From Octopus vulgaris (taxonomy: Eukaryota): a stretch of DNA of 64,000 nt. This document shows, one piece after another, positions 1 to 12,529 of the stretch (its first letter is position 1; every line of letters starts with the position of its first letter). The notes under the pieces were generated by a model. The model ran no database searches and was not told the DNA's origin. It saw nothing but the letters and a program-made list of their open reading frames with translations. Made by a program: the position numbers and the translations under genes. The stretch covers positions 37,882,001 to 37,946,000 of the forward strand of contig OX597819.1 in assembly GCA_951406725.2 (NCBI GenBank). Reading direction: 5' to 3'.

Positions 1-345
1 GTTAGAGCCATACATGCTATGTACAGTGGTGCTGTCAGTAAGGTGAGAATCGGCCATGAATACAGTGATAAATTTAGCATATAAGTAGGGGTTCACTAGA
101 TATCAGTTCTTAGAGTCTTTCAAGCTATAACAAAGAAATTCAAAACTGGATGCCTGTGGAGACTTTTTTAATGCCAAATCTGTAGCGAAAATGGAGAAGA
201 AATTCCAGGTATGGAAACAAAACTTGGAGACAAAGGACATTAAAGTTGACCTAGCAAAGACCGAAGATGTTGTTAGCAAGAGAGTTGATAAGACTCTCTC
301 TTCCCATCAGATAAATGGCCCTGCTCAATATGTAGGAAAGGAGTT
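1..345 (+). mobile_element. Decayed RTE LINE reverse-transcriptase fragment
   Basis: Degenerate match to the RT region of the 48645-51580 element (tggccctgctcaatatgtagg = WPCSICR). Confidence 0.75.
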
Positions 346-1514
346 CTAGAAGCTCTGTGTGTTCCACCTACCCATAACAATAAAATTTTTCACACACCCT
401 ACCCCAACAAGCCAAACTACATCTCTTCTCACAAACTGCATATCTTCTTCACATTTCCTCTTTCATGCACTATAATTATCTTTCACTGCCCAGCTCACTG
501 TATCATTGCTATCCCGTAATCCCCCACCTCCTCTATATACCCAGGTTCTCACCAGTCAAGACATACCCCATTCACACTTCTTTGTCAATACCATGTCACT
601 TATATTATGACCTCCATATCTTGAGAGTATGCCCTGGCATTTGCCACCGGCTATTTCTCTCTTCCTTTACCACCCCATCAATGCTCTGATCCCCATTCCT
701 TGTGAGTATGCCCTGGTACTTCACCACCATCCCTCCCCTGCACTCTCTTTCTCTTGCTCTTTCCCCAGGCTGGGTAACCATATATCTCCTTTACAGCTGG
801 ATACCTGTTTCTCTTCTCATTCTTGTTAACTCTCCCCACTGCTTCTCTCTGTCTCTCTAGCTAGGTGATCATGTATCTCCTCTACAGCAAGACACCTGTT
901 TTTGTCTCTCTGTCACACTCTATCCTTTCATCATCTGACACAAGATCACCTCAAATATCTCCTCCCTTCTCAAACATTCCTTGTCTTGCAAGTTACTTGG
1001 CAACCCTGCCAGTGCTGGTGCTATGTAAAAAGCATCCAGTCCATACTGTAGAGTAGTTGGCATTTGGAAGGGCATCGAGCTATAAAGACTTTGCCAAAAC
1101 TGACTTCACCTATGCTCGTGCCATGTAAAAAGCACTCAGCCCATTCTACTAAGTGGTTGGTGTTAGGAAGGGCATCCAACTGTAAAAACCATGCCAAAAC
1201 AGACACAGAAGTCTGGTGGTCTCCTGCCTGGCCAGCTCCTGTCAAACTGTCCAATGCATGCTAGCGTGGAAGGTGGACGTTAAATGATAATAATGACTGT
1301 AACTGTAGATGTAATAAATACCATTTTTTTTAGTGATTGGTTCATGTAGAGGAAATTCTGATGTCAGCAAATCCTGATGAAATCAATGATCGCTGAGTAT
1401 TTTGAGAGGGAAAGGAAAGCCCTAGGCCATATTCTTTTACTCGTTTCAGCTATTTTATTATTATTTTTTTTTATTTTTAGTTTCGGCTCAGAGCTGCAGC
1501 CATGCTGATATACC

Positions 1515-1850
1515 ACCGTTTAATAATCACTGTGATCACAGTGACTGACCAGACTATCAGATGCTGCTACACATCGCTGGTCACAATGCGCTTTGCATTG
1601 TTTTAGCCTTTAAATGATGCCACCCCGCTGGCTAAGCGAGCAGGCCAACAGAAGAAAGAGTGAGAGAGAGTTATGGCGAAAGAGTACAGCTGGGATCGCT
1701 ACCATCCCTTGCCGAAGCCTCGTGGAGGTTTTGGTGTTTTCGCTCAATAAACACTCACAACGCCCGGTCTGGGAATCGAAACCACGATCCTACGACTGCG
1801 AGTCTGCTGCCCTTACCACTGGGCCATTGCACCCCCAATTTGACTGCATC
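1515..1850 (-). mobile_element. tRNA-derived SINE (same family as 38065-38366 and 62937-63329)
   Basis: Reverse complement begins caatggcccagtggtaagggcagcagactc...ggtttcgattccc (A and B boxes). Confidence 0.8.
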
Positions 1851-2804
1851 CATGCTGGAGCACTGCCTTAAAGGGCTTTAGTTGAAGAATTTGACCCCAA
1901 AATCCATTCTTTGTGAGCCTAGTACTTATTCTACTGGTCTCTTTCGCCATGCTGCAAAGTTATAGCATTGGTTGTCAAATGATGGCCAGGGGACAAACAC
2001 ACACACACACACATCTACCAAAGCCATGCCTGCACCTATATGTAGAGTTTATAAAAAAAAATCTATAACACTGGGATGGTGATATAAGTTTAGGTATTTG
2101 TAGGGAAAACACAAACTAAGAATGATAGACAGCAAAAGTACTTTAAGGATTCTTCTAAAGGAGGAAGAAACTATAGAAAAAAAGATAATTGTAATCAATT
2201 AATAAAGTTTGAAGTGTAAAAAGATTAGAATTGACAGGTTGTGTGAGAGATTGGAGATAGCATGTAAGGATCTTTGCTAGAAATCATATGCATATTCCTC
2301 ATAAGCTAAAGTGAATCTTTGGCTATCATCTCAGAAATAAGCTGGTTTAAAATATTGAAGCATGGCCTATCAGAAAATGGTGATATTGATATGATAATTT
2401 TATTATTTGATATGTGTTTTAATCTAGAATGCTACATGCCAAATGCTTCGGACAACCTGGAATAAAATTATTCAGGTCACCTAAGTCTTTTGAAAAATGG
2501 AGGGTGGGGGCGCACCACTGAAATAGAAACTTGGAGTAAGTAATTGATTCGCAGTTGTTAACAAATGGCATGGCAGCTAATAAAATTTTGTTTGGATGGA
2601 ACTGATTTGAGGTAGGATTTTATGGATGAATGGTTTTCCTGTCACCAATCTTACCTATTTTTGGAGTAGGGGATTTTTTTATTCTATAGATTTTTTTTAG
2701 AAGTGCAGTATGATTAGTTGTTAAGAAATGTAAGCTCTGTCATTGTGTCACTCAAATGGTAACATGCAAAGTCATGAAATATCGACATTCACACAGATAT
2801 ACAT

Positions 2805-3200
2805 GCAGGAGTGGCTGTGTGGTAAGTAGCTTGCTTACCAGCCACACGGTTCAGGGTTCAGTCCCACTGTGGGCAAGTGTCTTCTACTATAGCCTTGGGT
2901 TGACCAAAGCCTTGTGAGTGAATTTGGTAGATAGAAACTGAAAGAAGCCCATCGTATATATGTATATATAAATATATATATATATATGTATGTATGTGTG
3001 TGTGTGTTTGTCCCCCCAACATCACTTGACAACCGATGCTGGTGTGTTTACATCCCTGTAACTTAGCTGTTCAACAAAAGAGACTGGTAGATTAAGTACT
3101 AGGCTTACAAAGAATAAGTTCTGGGGTCAATTTGCTCAACTAAAGGCAGTGCTCCAGCATGGCCACAGTCAAATGACTGAAACAAGTAAACAGTAAAGAG
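2805..3200 (+). mobile_element. SINE family A (gcaggagtggctgtgtggtaag...gggttcagtcccactg...gaaactgaaagaagccc, internal TA/TG tract)
   Basis: Same sequence recurs at about 14950-15295, 17885-18050, 24885-25270(-), 30645-31072 and 60335-60715(-), plus fragments. Confidence 0.8.
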
Positions 3201-4027
3201 AGCACTCACACAAATTTATAGTAGGTTTTTCACAGTTTCTCTCTACTAAGTTTACCCATAAGGCATTGGTTGATTTGAGGCTAGAAGATAAAATGCTGCA
3301 CAGTGGGATTGAACCTGAAACCATGTGGTTGTGAAGTAAACTTCTTGCCCAAACAGCCTTGCCAGGTCCTTAAATATGTAAAAATAACCCTGCAAAAACT
3401 AAAATTTAATACATTTTCATTATTTTTCTGCCATATTCTTATTATCATTGTTTTATCAGTAATGATAGATAAGCTAGTGGAGTAAATAGGAAACAGAAAC
3501 CAGGCCTTTTAATATATCATCTCTCTAACCAGATCTGTATTGTGTTCTTGATAAGGGCAATTAATTTTCAGTGGCCTAATTACCTCAGCTGTAAATAGGT
3601 ACCATTAATAGCTCACTGATGTTGATAGCAGAGCTTTCTATAATTAACAAGTGTTTTTCTTTCTTTTAAGCTTATATGTTAACTGCTTGTAGGAATATAA
3701 CTTGGAGAAGGATAAGCCATAATAAGCTGGCTTGCATTAAATAGTGTCTCAAGCATTAACTTGGAAACCCCTATAAGTTATAGGAAGTATGATTGTATTC
3801 CAAGGAGCATGAAAGCACTACATTAAAATGAACTTCAATCTTGCTTGCTTGCAATGTTACACAGCCAAACCAGCACTTAATGGGAAAATACTTTAAAAGT
3901 AAAGTGCTCTTGAAATGTGAATACAAATGGAATAAAAGAAGCTTCACGTAAATTTCACCAGTGGTTATTGAGATATTCAGGGTTTTGGGGGTATAAATAT
4001 CCAAAATGGTGCATAATGGGAAAATAC

Positions 4028-4880
4028 TCCAGCTGGTTGTGGACAAATGTACCACCATGCATTTTGGGAGGAGAAACCCAGCATCCACCTACTCCCTCCA
4101 CAACACTAATCTCAAAAAGTCTTCATGTGAACGTGACCTGGGTGTTATTGTTGACAGTGATTTGCGTTGTACAAAACACATCGCTAAAATTGTCAAGAAG
4201 GCTGAGGGTGTCTTGGCATCACGCACCAAGTCCTTTGTGAGCTGCTCTCCAACTATCTATCTGCAGCTTCATATAGCTATGGTAAGACCTCACCTGGAAT
4301 TTGCATTACTGGTCTGGAACCCCTATCTTGCCCAGGATATCAATCGTCTGGAAGCTGTTCAGTAACGTGCAACCAAAAGAATACCCTCCATCAGGCATTT
4401 GCCATATTCTGAATGCCTTACTTCCCTGGGCCTGGACACATTGAAACTCCGACGTCTGACAGCTGACTTGGTAGACACCCATAAAATTATCAACCATCTT
4501 ACAAACAATAACTCTGAGCACCTTTTCAAACTCCACCTGTCTAACACCCGTGGACATATTTACAAAGTCAGAAAACAGCACAGCTCCCATGACTTTAGGA
4601 AACATTTTTTCACGCTGAGAGTTGCTGAAGTATGGAACAAACTGCCAGCATCAGTTGTCAGAGCACTGCGTCCTTCAAAACTTCCATGCTTCCTGAGATT
4701 CGCCAACACTACACCTGATTTTCTCCCCTCCATACACACACAAGCATGTATCTGACTCATACATTATTCGTTTTCCAGACATTTGTACATTACTGCATAC
4801 ACTTTATACGCACTGTCTGACAAGTTGTGGTGCACCTGAGCACTGTATACAATAATTTCATTATTATTATTATTATTATA
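4028..4880 (+). mobile_element. 5'-truncated CR1-clade LINE (RT C-terminus, 3' UTR, (ATT)n tail)
   Basis: KCTTMHFG, ERDLGVIVD, RPHLEF..VWNPY, LEAVQ*RATK motifs. One in-frame stop. (att)n tail. Confidence 0.85.
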
Positions 4881-5459
4881 AGACTTTGCAACACCAAAAC
4901 ATGTAAAGGAAACATTTCATATCTCAAGGCAGTGAGCTGGAAGAATCAATAGCACACCAGGCAAATTACTTAGCGGCATTTCATCTATCTTTATGTTCTC
5001 AGCTCAAATTCTGCTGCGGTCAACTTTGCCTTTCATCCTTTTGGGATCAATAAAATAAGTACCAGTTGAACACTGAGGTTGATGAATCAACTTACCTCCT
5101 CCCCCAAATTACTAGCTTTGTGACAAAATTTACTGTTGTTGGAGAAAAGTAATGTGAGTGAAATGCGAGATTTGCAAAAAGACTGAGAAGTATTGACTTC
5201 TACATATCAAATGCCAAAATAAGCCAAGTAAAATCACTGTTATCCATACATACAGGCCTGTCCTTTACAGATGACGGTGCCACATAAAAACACACTCGTG
5301 CTGGTGCTGCTTAAGTGCACCCATGCCATATATATATATATATATACACATGTATATTGTATGTGTGAGCGTCTGTACACCACAGTGTTTCCTGTCGTTT
5401 GACGAGTAACTTTGGAAGTATACTTTTTTAACTATTTCCTATATTAGGAAATATACCAC

Positions 5460-5646
5460 ATGAGAGGGATGACCACTATGTGGACAACCCTTATGCTAGA
5501 AGTAGATCCACTATGGTCTTACCACTAAAAATGTTCTCAAGAATTTCTTAGAGGTAAGACCATAGTGGATCTACTTCTTTGTGGTAAGACCATAGCGGAT
5601 CTACTTCTAGCATAAGGGTTGTCCACATAGTGGTCAACCCTCTCAT
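5460..5646. repeat. Inverted repeat with arms of about 66 bp and an internal partial third copy
   Basis: atgagagggatgaccactatgtggacaaccc... is the reverse complement of ...gggttgtccacatagtggtcaaccctctcat. Confidence 0.9.
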
Positions 5647-5809
5647 ATATATATAATACAATTTACTGAACCTTCAGATTTTAATATGCTAGACCACTGG
5701 TGTTAAATTGATGTTAATTAAATTAATATCCAATTTTTCACCTTCATTTTAAATTTAAATTAGGAAATACACCATATATACATTAATTGTAATTTAACAT
5801 TCCTCAGAA

Positions 5810-6044
5810 TAAAAACTCGTGTTCTCTGGAGGACGATGCAGTTTTGAACACAATACAACGCTCGTTAAAGCGAGTCATATACCTTATCATTATATCTATC
5901 GTACCCACGTATAATGCTACTCCATTTTTCTCCGTTCATTTTTTATTAATTTTTTCCGCATTATACACGAGTTTAATGCTGTAATTTTAAATAATAGTTA
6001 CCTCCCTTGGACCGACGCAGTTTGTAATTTGAAGTGGAAAAACC
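5810..6044. promoter_or_regulatory. Probable promoter/5' UTR of the CCDC175-like gene, possibly bidirectional
   Basis: Non-repetitive stretch retaining many CpGs in an otherwise CpG-depleted window, directly upstream of the ATG exon. Confidence 0.45.
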
Positions 6045-6186
6045 ATGAAGGTCGAAATTATGTCTGAAGGCGTTAAAGCCATTTCTGTCGCTCTCTATCA
6101 AGAAAGTGGAACTTTTTCCTTCGCTTACAAGTTGGCAAAGCAGTTCTGTGAATCAATAAAAACAAAAGGAATCATCTCGAACACTG
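6045..6186 (+). CDS. Coiled-coil protein gene (CCDC175-like), coding exon 1: MKVEIMSEGVKAISVALYQESGTFSFAYKLAKQFCESIKTKGIISNT
   Basis: aaccATG start in a CpG-retaining non-repeat island. 142-nt open frame ending G|GTAAAT (phase 1), matching the phase-1 start of exon 2. Confidence 0.7.
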
Positions 6187-6682
6187 GTAAATAACTGAAT
6201 ATAAGTGTATATATGGCTATGTGTGTGTGTATGTATGTGTATGCGTGTGTATGTTGTTGCTTAGCCTCCCCGCCTAGTCATGTAGGATCGAGCATTCTAA
6301 CTGTGACCATGCTGTATTTGTCGGATATCTTGGGTCACAGTATCCCGTATATGTACTCCTCCATTTTCCTCTTCAAAATGGTAGGATATGATTTGGGGGG
6401 AGATTTAGCTGTTATTTCTAGCAGCTCGAGCGACTACGTTAGGCCTGCCTGATGTGCGCGTGATGTTTACATCTGCTTGTTTCAGGCTGTGTCTATGTTG
6501 TTGTCTTCCTATTTTGTCTATCAATAAATATGTAGACCTGTCTGTACGTTTGAGTCTTAACATACCGATACACAGTCGAGATGTATTCACGTATATTTAT
6601 TTACACTGTCTGACATTCCTATCATCAGCTGTTAGCTGGAAATTCATTCATATCTACACAGCCCTCCTCTAACACTCTACTG

Positions 6683-7097
6683 GGATCTTTTCGGTTTGAA
6701 TGGCAGTTTTTTCTAGTGGTGTCATATGAAATTGTCACCCATAATTATGACCCTAGTATCGATCTATTGCATTTCAATCTGTTTTAGGGTTAGGGTTAGG
6801 GGTGGGGGAGGGTATCTTTTTTTCTTCACAAATGTAAATAAACCCAATCTGTTTCTTAAACGAGGGACATATTCATACGGCACAGAATGCTTCTTAACTC
6901 AATGGACGTCATTGATTGGTTGAAATTGCAGAAATTGAAGAAAAAAAACAACAAATACCTTACAAACTATAGAATTTTCTCAATAAATCCAAGAGAAAAA
7001 GATGTTTTATAAACACATTCTATCAGTATACGGAGTTTTAAATTTTTTAGTTACCTAGAAATTATGTTAAAAACTGCCGTTCAAACTGAAAAGATCC
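6683..7097. mobile_element. 415-bp MITE with GGATCTTTTCGGTTTGAA TIRs, 8-bp TSD and internal (TTAGGG)3 (Merlin/Mutator-like)
   Basis: TIRs of about 28 bp. TSD ctctactg at 6675-6682 and 7098-7105. Confidence 0.85.
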
Positions 7098-8657
7098 CTC
7101 TACTGTATGTTAAGCAGCATTTACATTAATATTCCACATTATATGACTATTACTTATTACATAACATATATCACAAATTGCAATATACCAACAACCCACA
7201 TTACGGTAACATTCTCAATAATTTATGGCTGTCTGTAGGCGGCGAGCTGGCAGAGTCGTTTGCACGCTGGGCAAAATGTTTAGCGGCATTTCGTTCGTCT
7301 TTACGTTCTAAGTTCAAATTCCACTGAAATTGACTTTGCCTTTCATGTTTTTGGGGTCAATAAAATCATTACCATTATACCCTCCCCTGAACTTGCTGGT
7401 ATTGTGCCAAAATTTGAAATCAATAATTTATGGCTTGTGGCCAATGCCGGCGCCACGTAACTGGCACCTATGCTGGTAGCACATAAAAAAGTACCCATTG
7501 CACTGTTGGAGTGGGTGGCATTAGGAAGGCCTCCAGCCATAGACACCATGCCAAATCAGATTGGAACCTGGTGCAGTTGTCCAGCTTACCATGCTTCAGT
7601 CAAACCGTCTAGCCCATACCAGTAGGGAAAACAGACGCTAAATGATGATGATGATGATGACTTCCCAACCATGTGTCTCAGGTTCAGTCCCATTGCACAG
7701 CATCTAGGGCAAGTGTCTTCTACTATAGCCCTGAGATGACCCAAGCCTTGTGAGAGGATTTAGTAGATGGAAACTGAACAGTGCCCCTCCATGTAGTTAA
7801 GAAGCTCACTTGGTTAAGAAGCCCACATGGTTGTAGGTTCAGTCACACTGTGCAGCAACTTGGGCAAGTGTCTTCTATAATAGCCTGGACTAACCAGTGC
7901 CTTGTGAGGGAATTTGGTGGATGGAAACTGTGTGGAAGCCTGAGGAATGTGAAGATGCAAGCTGGAAAGCAGAGCATTTTCCAATGAAATTGGATGTAGA
8001 GGATTTATTGGACACAATGTGAGGCAACTGTTGTTGGTGCTAGGCCTAACTCATCATAAAGCAAATACCACCAGAGGTCTATGCAAACCACCCATAATGG
8101 GATACATAAGAAGCACCCATGCTAGACCACGAATAAAGCACCCATGTTGATGTCATGTAAAATGCACCCATACTGGGCCGCGTAACAAGTAGCTGTGCAG
8201 GTGCCATGTATAAAGTACCTGTGCTGGATCATGTAAGGAACTCCTAGGCTGGTGCCAGTTAAATAGTATGCAGTATTCTCAGTAAAGTGCTTGCCATTAG
8301 GAAGGGAAATCCAACCAAAAAAAAAAAACAAGCTAAATCAGACTGGAACCTGGTGCAGCTGTCCAGCTTGCCATTTCTGGTTAAACCATCCAACCCATGC
8401 CAGTATGGAAAACAGACATAAAATGATGATGATGATGTGTATGCTCTTGTCTTTTCCAGTCTTCCTGTGAGAAACATCTGGCCTTGTTTGGTAACAGGTG
8501 AGGGTTGGTGACAGGAAGGGCATCCAGCTGTAGAATAATCTGTCTTTACAAATTCCATCTGACCCCGTGCAAGCATGGGAAAGTGGGCTTTAAAGGTTGA
8601 TAATGATGATATTAGTGACAAGCATAAGAGGGAGGGCACATCTGTGGAGAAACATTC

Positions 8658-9158
8658 GGATCTTTTCGGTTTGAACGGCAGTTTTTAACATAATTTCTAG
8701 GTAACTAAAAAATTTTAAACTTCGTATAGTGGTAGAATGTGTTTATAAAACATCTTTTTCTTTTGGCTTTATTGAGAAAATTCTATAGTTTGTAAGATAT
8801 CTGGGTTTTTTTCTTCAATTTCTGCAATTTCAACTAATCACTGACGTCCATTGCGGTAAACAACATTCTGTGCCGTATGAATATGTCCCTTGTTTAAGAA
8901 ACAGATTGGGTTTATTTACATTTGTGAAGAAAAAAAGGTACCCTTCCCCCCACCCCTAACCCTAACTAACCCTAAACCTAAAATAGATTGAAATGCAATA
9001 GATCGATACTAGGGTCATAATTATGGGTGACAATTTCATATGACACCGCTAGAAAAAACTGCCATTCAAATCGAAAAGATCCTATTCGGATCTTTTCGGT
9101 TTGAACGGCAGTTTTTAACATAATTTCTAGGTAACTAAAAAATTTTAAACTTCGTATA
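8658..9158. mobile_element. Second, inverted copy of the same MITE plus a tandem partial terminus
   Basis: Reverse-complement match to 6683-7097. The terminal 70 bp or so repeats at 9088-9158. Confidence 0.85.
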
Positions 9159-9418
9159 CAGGTAGATTGTGTATACAGGTGATGGAATGAAAGGGTGAGA
9201 AGCAAGTGTGATGGGTTGTCCAAGATGGTGGCTGTTATGAAATAAATTGTTCAGAGAAGCTGTTGTAGTTATTGTAAAATAGACTCAGAAGACTGTTTTA
9301 TATTGTTGGCCACTGGTTGTAGGATGCTTAGGAATGAGACTAAACCTGAAACTCTGTGGCTGCAGAGCAAATTTCTTAATCACACAGCCATACCTGCACC
9401 TATATATTTATGGATCTG

Positions 9419-9648
9419 AAGGCGGCGAGCTGGCAGAAACGTTAGCATGCCGGGCGAAATGCATAGCCGTATTTCGTCTGTCGTTACGCTGTGAGTTCAA
9501 ATTCCGCCGAGGTCAACTTTGCCTTTCATCCTTTTGGGGTCGATAAATAAAGTACCAGTTACACACTGGAGTCGATGTAATTGACTTAATCCCTTTGTCT
9601 GTCCTTGTTTGTCCCCTCTATATTTAGCCCCTTGTGGGCAATAAAGAA
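9419..9648 (+). mobile_element. SINE family B (ggcggcgagctggcagaaacgttagc...gttcaaattccgccgagg)
   Basis: Pol III box-like head. Copies at about 4928, 7238, 13275(-), 22780, 25285(-), 43200(-), 45690(-) and 57648. Confidence 0.8.
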
Positions 9649-10489
9649 ATATATATATTCATTCATCTGTGTGTATGTGTGTGCATGCATATCTGCATGT
9701 GTACATGTGTGTATGTGTATGTAAGCATGTGTATGTGTGTGGGTGTTTTGTGTGTGTGCACGCATGTGCACATGTGCATGTGTGTGTAATGTCTTTCATT
9801 AAGCATCAGGAAGATTTTCTTTAAAGTTTGATAGTTTTGATAGTGGTGAAATTAAGGAGAATATTTAATTGCATGCAGAATAAAATATTACCTCCATGTT
9901 TTCTACCTTCTTGATGATGTTTCATATCTGCTTTTTTTTTTTTTAAGAAAAAAACTTAAGTATTTTCTGTCTCCAGGCATTTTGCCAATCAGAATTCCTA
10001 AATTTCCTTTCATGGCAAAAAAAAAAAAAAAAAAAAAAATCTTAATATTGATGAGTTCTTACTTGCTGTTGATTCTTCTATTTGCAGTCAGCTTCTCTGC
10101 TCTCTACTCAAGCAAGCTTGGATACTCTACAGTCTTTGTATTCTTGCAGATGAAAATAAATTTACAAACAATGTTTGAATGGTTGTGTATGTACAGGCAT
10201 GACCATGTAGTTAAGAAGCTCACTTGGTTAAGAAGCCCACATGGTTGTAGGTTCAGTCCCATTGTGCAGCACTTTGAGCAAGTGTCTTCTATAATAGCCT
10301 GGACTAACCAGTGCCTTGTGAGTGAATTTGGTGGATGGAAACTGTGTGGAAGCCTGAGGAATGTGAAGATGTAAGCTGGAAAGCAGAGCATTTTCCAATG
10401 AAATTGGATGTAGAGGATTTATTGAACACAATGTGAGGCAACTGTTGTAGGTGCTAGGCCTAACTCATCATAAAGCAAATACCACCAGA

Positions 10490-11000
10490 GGTCTATGCAA
10501 AGTTTTCAAAAAGTTTTCATTGTTCTCGACACAATCAAAGAAATCTTGGGCAATTGAAACCTGAGTGTCGTTTTGGTCAGCTGAATGCAATTTTGGCACA
10601 AACTTGGCAGACACATGTCTCATACTCAAATCTTCTGTGATAATGGACTGAACTGAACCATAACTAATCTGCATATCCTCTGATAACTCACAGATGGTAA
10701 TTTGATGATTTCCCCTCACAGCTGCATGCACATCTGCAATGTTTTTCTCAGTTCTACTGGTTGCAGATCTCCCAGAACGTTCTTCAATATCAAGGTTTTT
10801 TCGGCCATTTTGGAAACATCTGAACCACTTGTACACTTGTGTGCGACTCATACACTCCTCTCCATGCACTTTCTGCAACTTTGCATAGACTTCTGAGCAG
10901 GTATTGCCTTGACAACTTTCTCTCTCATGATCAATGCGATGATCACATGCTACACACCTTCCTTCCAAGCACTGCTGTAAACAGCGGAAGTGAGTTAGAA
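10490..11000 (-). mobile_element. Mariner transposase N-terminal remnant
   Basis: GEECMSRTQVYKWF..F..G, RSGR and VSAKFVPKL (WVP motif variant). Confidence 0.85.
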
Positions 11001-11170
11001 CATTAAAACTTAGTGCACTGTGGGTTCCTCACCCTTCTATACAGTTACTAGAAGGTGGGTACTTCTGAATGGCTATCATTTAACTGATATGAAATAAAAG
11101 AAGCCTTTGTAGAATGTAATTTGTAAAACAAATTTTATGAATTATTTACTTGGAATTTTTCTTTTTGCAG

Positions 11171-11265
11171 ATTTCATTACAGAAACAAAAAACGTAGAAG
11201 AAGCTGATGTTGTTAACAACTTAAAGTCCAGAATTGCTGATGCAAAAACATGTATAGAGACCTTG
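11171..11265 (+). CDS. CCDC175-like exon 2: (D)FITETKNVEEADVVNNLKSRIADAKTCIETL
   Basis: ttttctttttgcag acceptor, TTG|GTAAGT donor, open frame, phase 1 to 0. Confidence 0.88.
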
Positions 11266-11467
11266 GTAAGTTATATCCATAGGGACCTCAGTAAGTTATA
11301 GCCCTTGGGACCTTGATAAGTTATATTTATGGAGAAACTTGTAGTTATACTTAGATGAAACCTGGTATATTTTTTTCTTAGGGACCTTGGTGGGTAATTC
11401 ATATGCATACAGATCTTGGTAAGTTTATATCAAGATTCACATCAGGGAATGGTAACTTTTTTACATT

Positions 11468-12176
11468 ATGAGGTGGTATCAAAAAGTTCCTAGACTAGTT
11501 CTGTAGCGTGCCAACAGATGGCAGCATACTGTTGTGTGCACAGCAAGAGCTAGCAGTGACCTTCACGAGGCAGTGTGCGGAGTGACATTGCTGTGTTTAC
11601 TTCACGAATTGTGAAATTTGTGTTTTTTTGATCACATGTATGTTGTAGTCTGTGATTTTGTCATGGATAGGAAGTTGGAACAAAGAGCCAATGTTACATT
11701 TTGCATTAAATGTGGGAAGTCTGCTTCAGAAACAGTGATCATGTTTTGGGTATGACCCTGAGATGAAGCAACAATAATTAAAATGGAAGAGCCCTTCATC
11801 TCTACAACTGAAGAAGGCAGCTCAATCAAGAGCATGCCAATCGGTTTTTTTTTTTTTACATCCATTGTATTGTAGATCAACAGTTCAACTATGATGTTTT
11901 GAAGCATTTGAAGGAGGACATTCGGTGAAAGCGTCTTGGTCTGTGGAGCATGAAAAATTGGATTCTTCATGACGACAATGCCCTGTGTCACCAAGCTTTC
12001 CTTACTTGTGAGTTTCTTGCTTATGGAAAATGACTTCCAGACCGGATTCCAAAAGTGGCAGAAATGCTGGGGGCCAGTAAATTACTGCACAAGGTGACTA
12101 TTTTGAAGGAGATGATATTAAAACTTAAGTAAATAAATAATTTTTTTTATTAAACATAATTAGTCTGAGAAGTTTT
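11468..12176 (+). mobile_element. Internally deleted mariner element
   Basis: Terminus tgaggtggtatcaaaaagttcc. Remnants of EQRANVTFCIK.GKSASET and WILHDDNA. Confidence 0.7.
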
Positions 12177-12529
12177 GTTTTTGCAGGGTCTGAAAGAAGA
12201 TGCAGTGCTGATGGTCTTATTAGGTTTTCCAAGACCAATGTGGTTGATATTATTAATGTTCCTCTTGAATCATTATGCATGGCCTAATGATTAAAGTGTT
12301 GCATTCTTGATTGTAAGATCATGGGTGGAGTGTTGTGTTATTGAGCAAAACATTACATTTCACATTGTTCCATCTAAGCTGTAAATGAGTCACACTGTGA
12401 TGGACTGGTGTCCTGCTCAAGGAGAATATTGTGATCTTGGTTACTTATATATCATGGAAACTGAGTCACTGGCCCTATGAGTTCTAGGACTTAAGATTAC
12501 ATTACATTACATATCCTGTAGTCTGGCTG

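Noticed and set aside
3771-4088. 105-aa minus-strand ORF
   Set aside because: Partly antisense to the CR1 fragment, with no recognisable domain or fitting splice sites
10088-10191. Exon-like segment after tttgcag
   Set aside because: No acceptor/donor choice gives a stop-free phase 1-to-1 exon between exons 1 and 2
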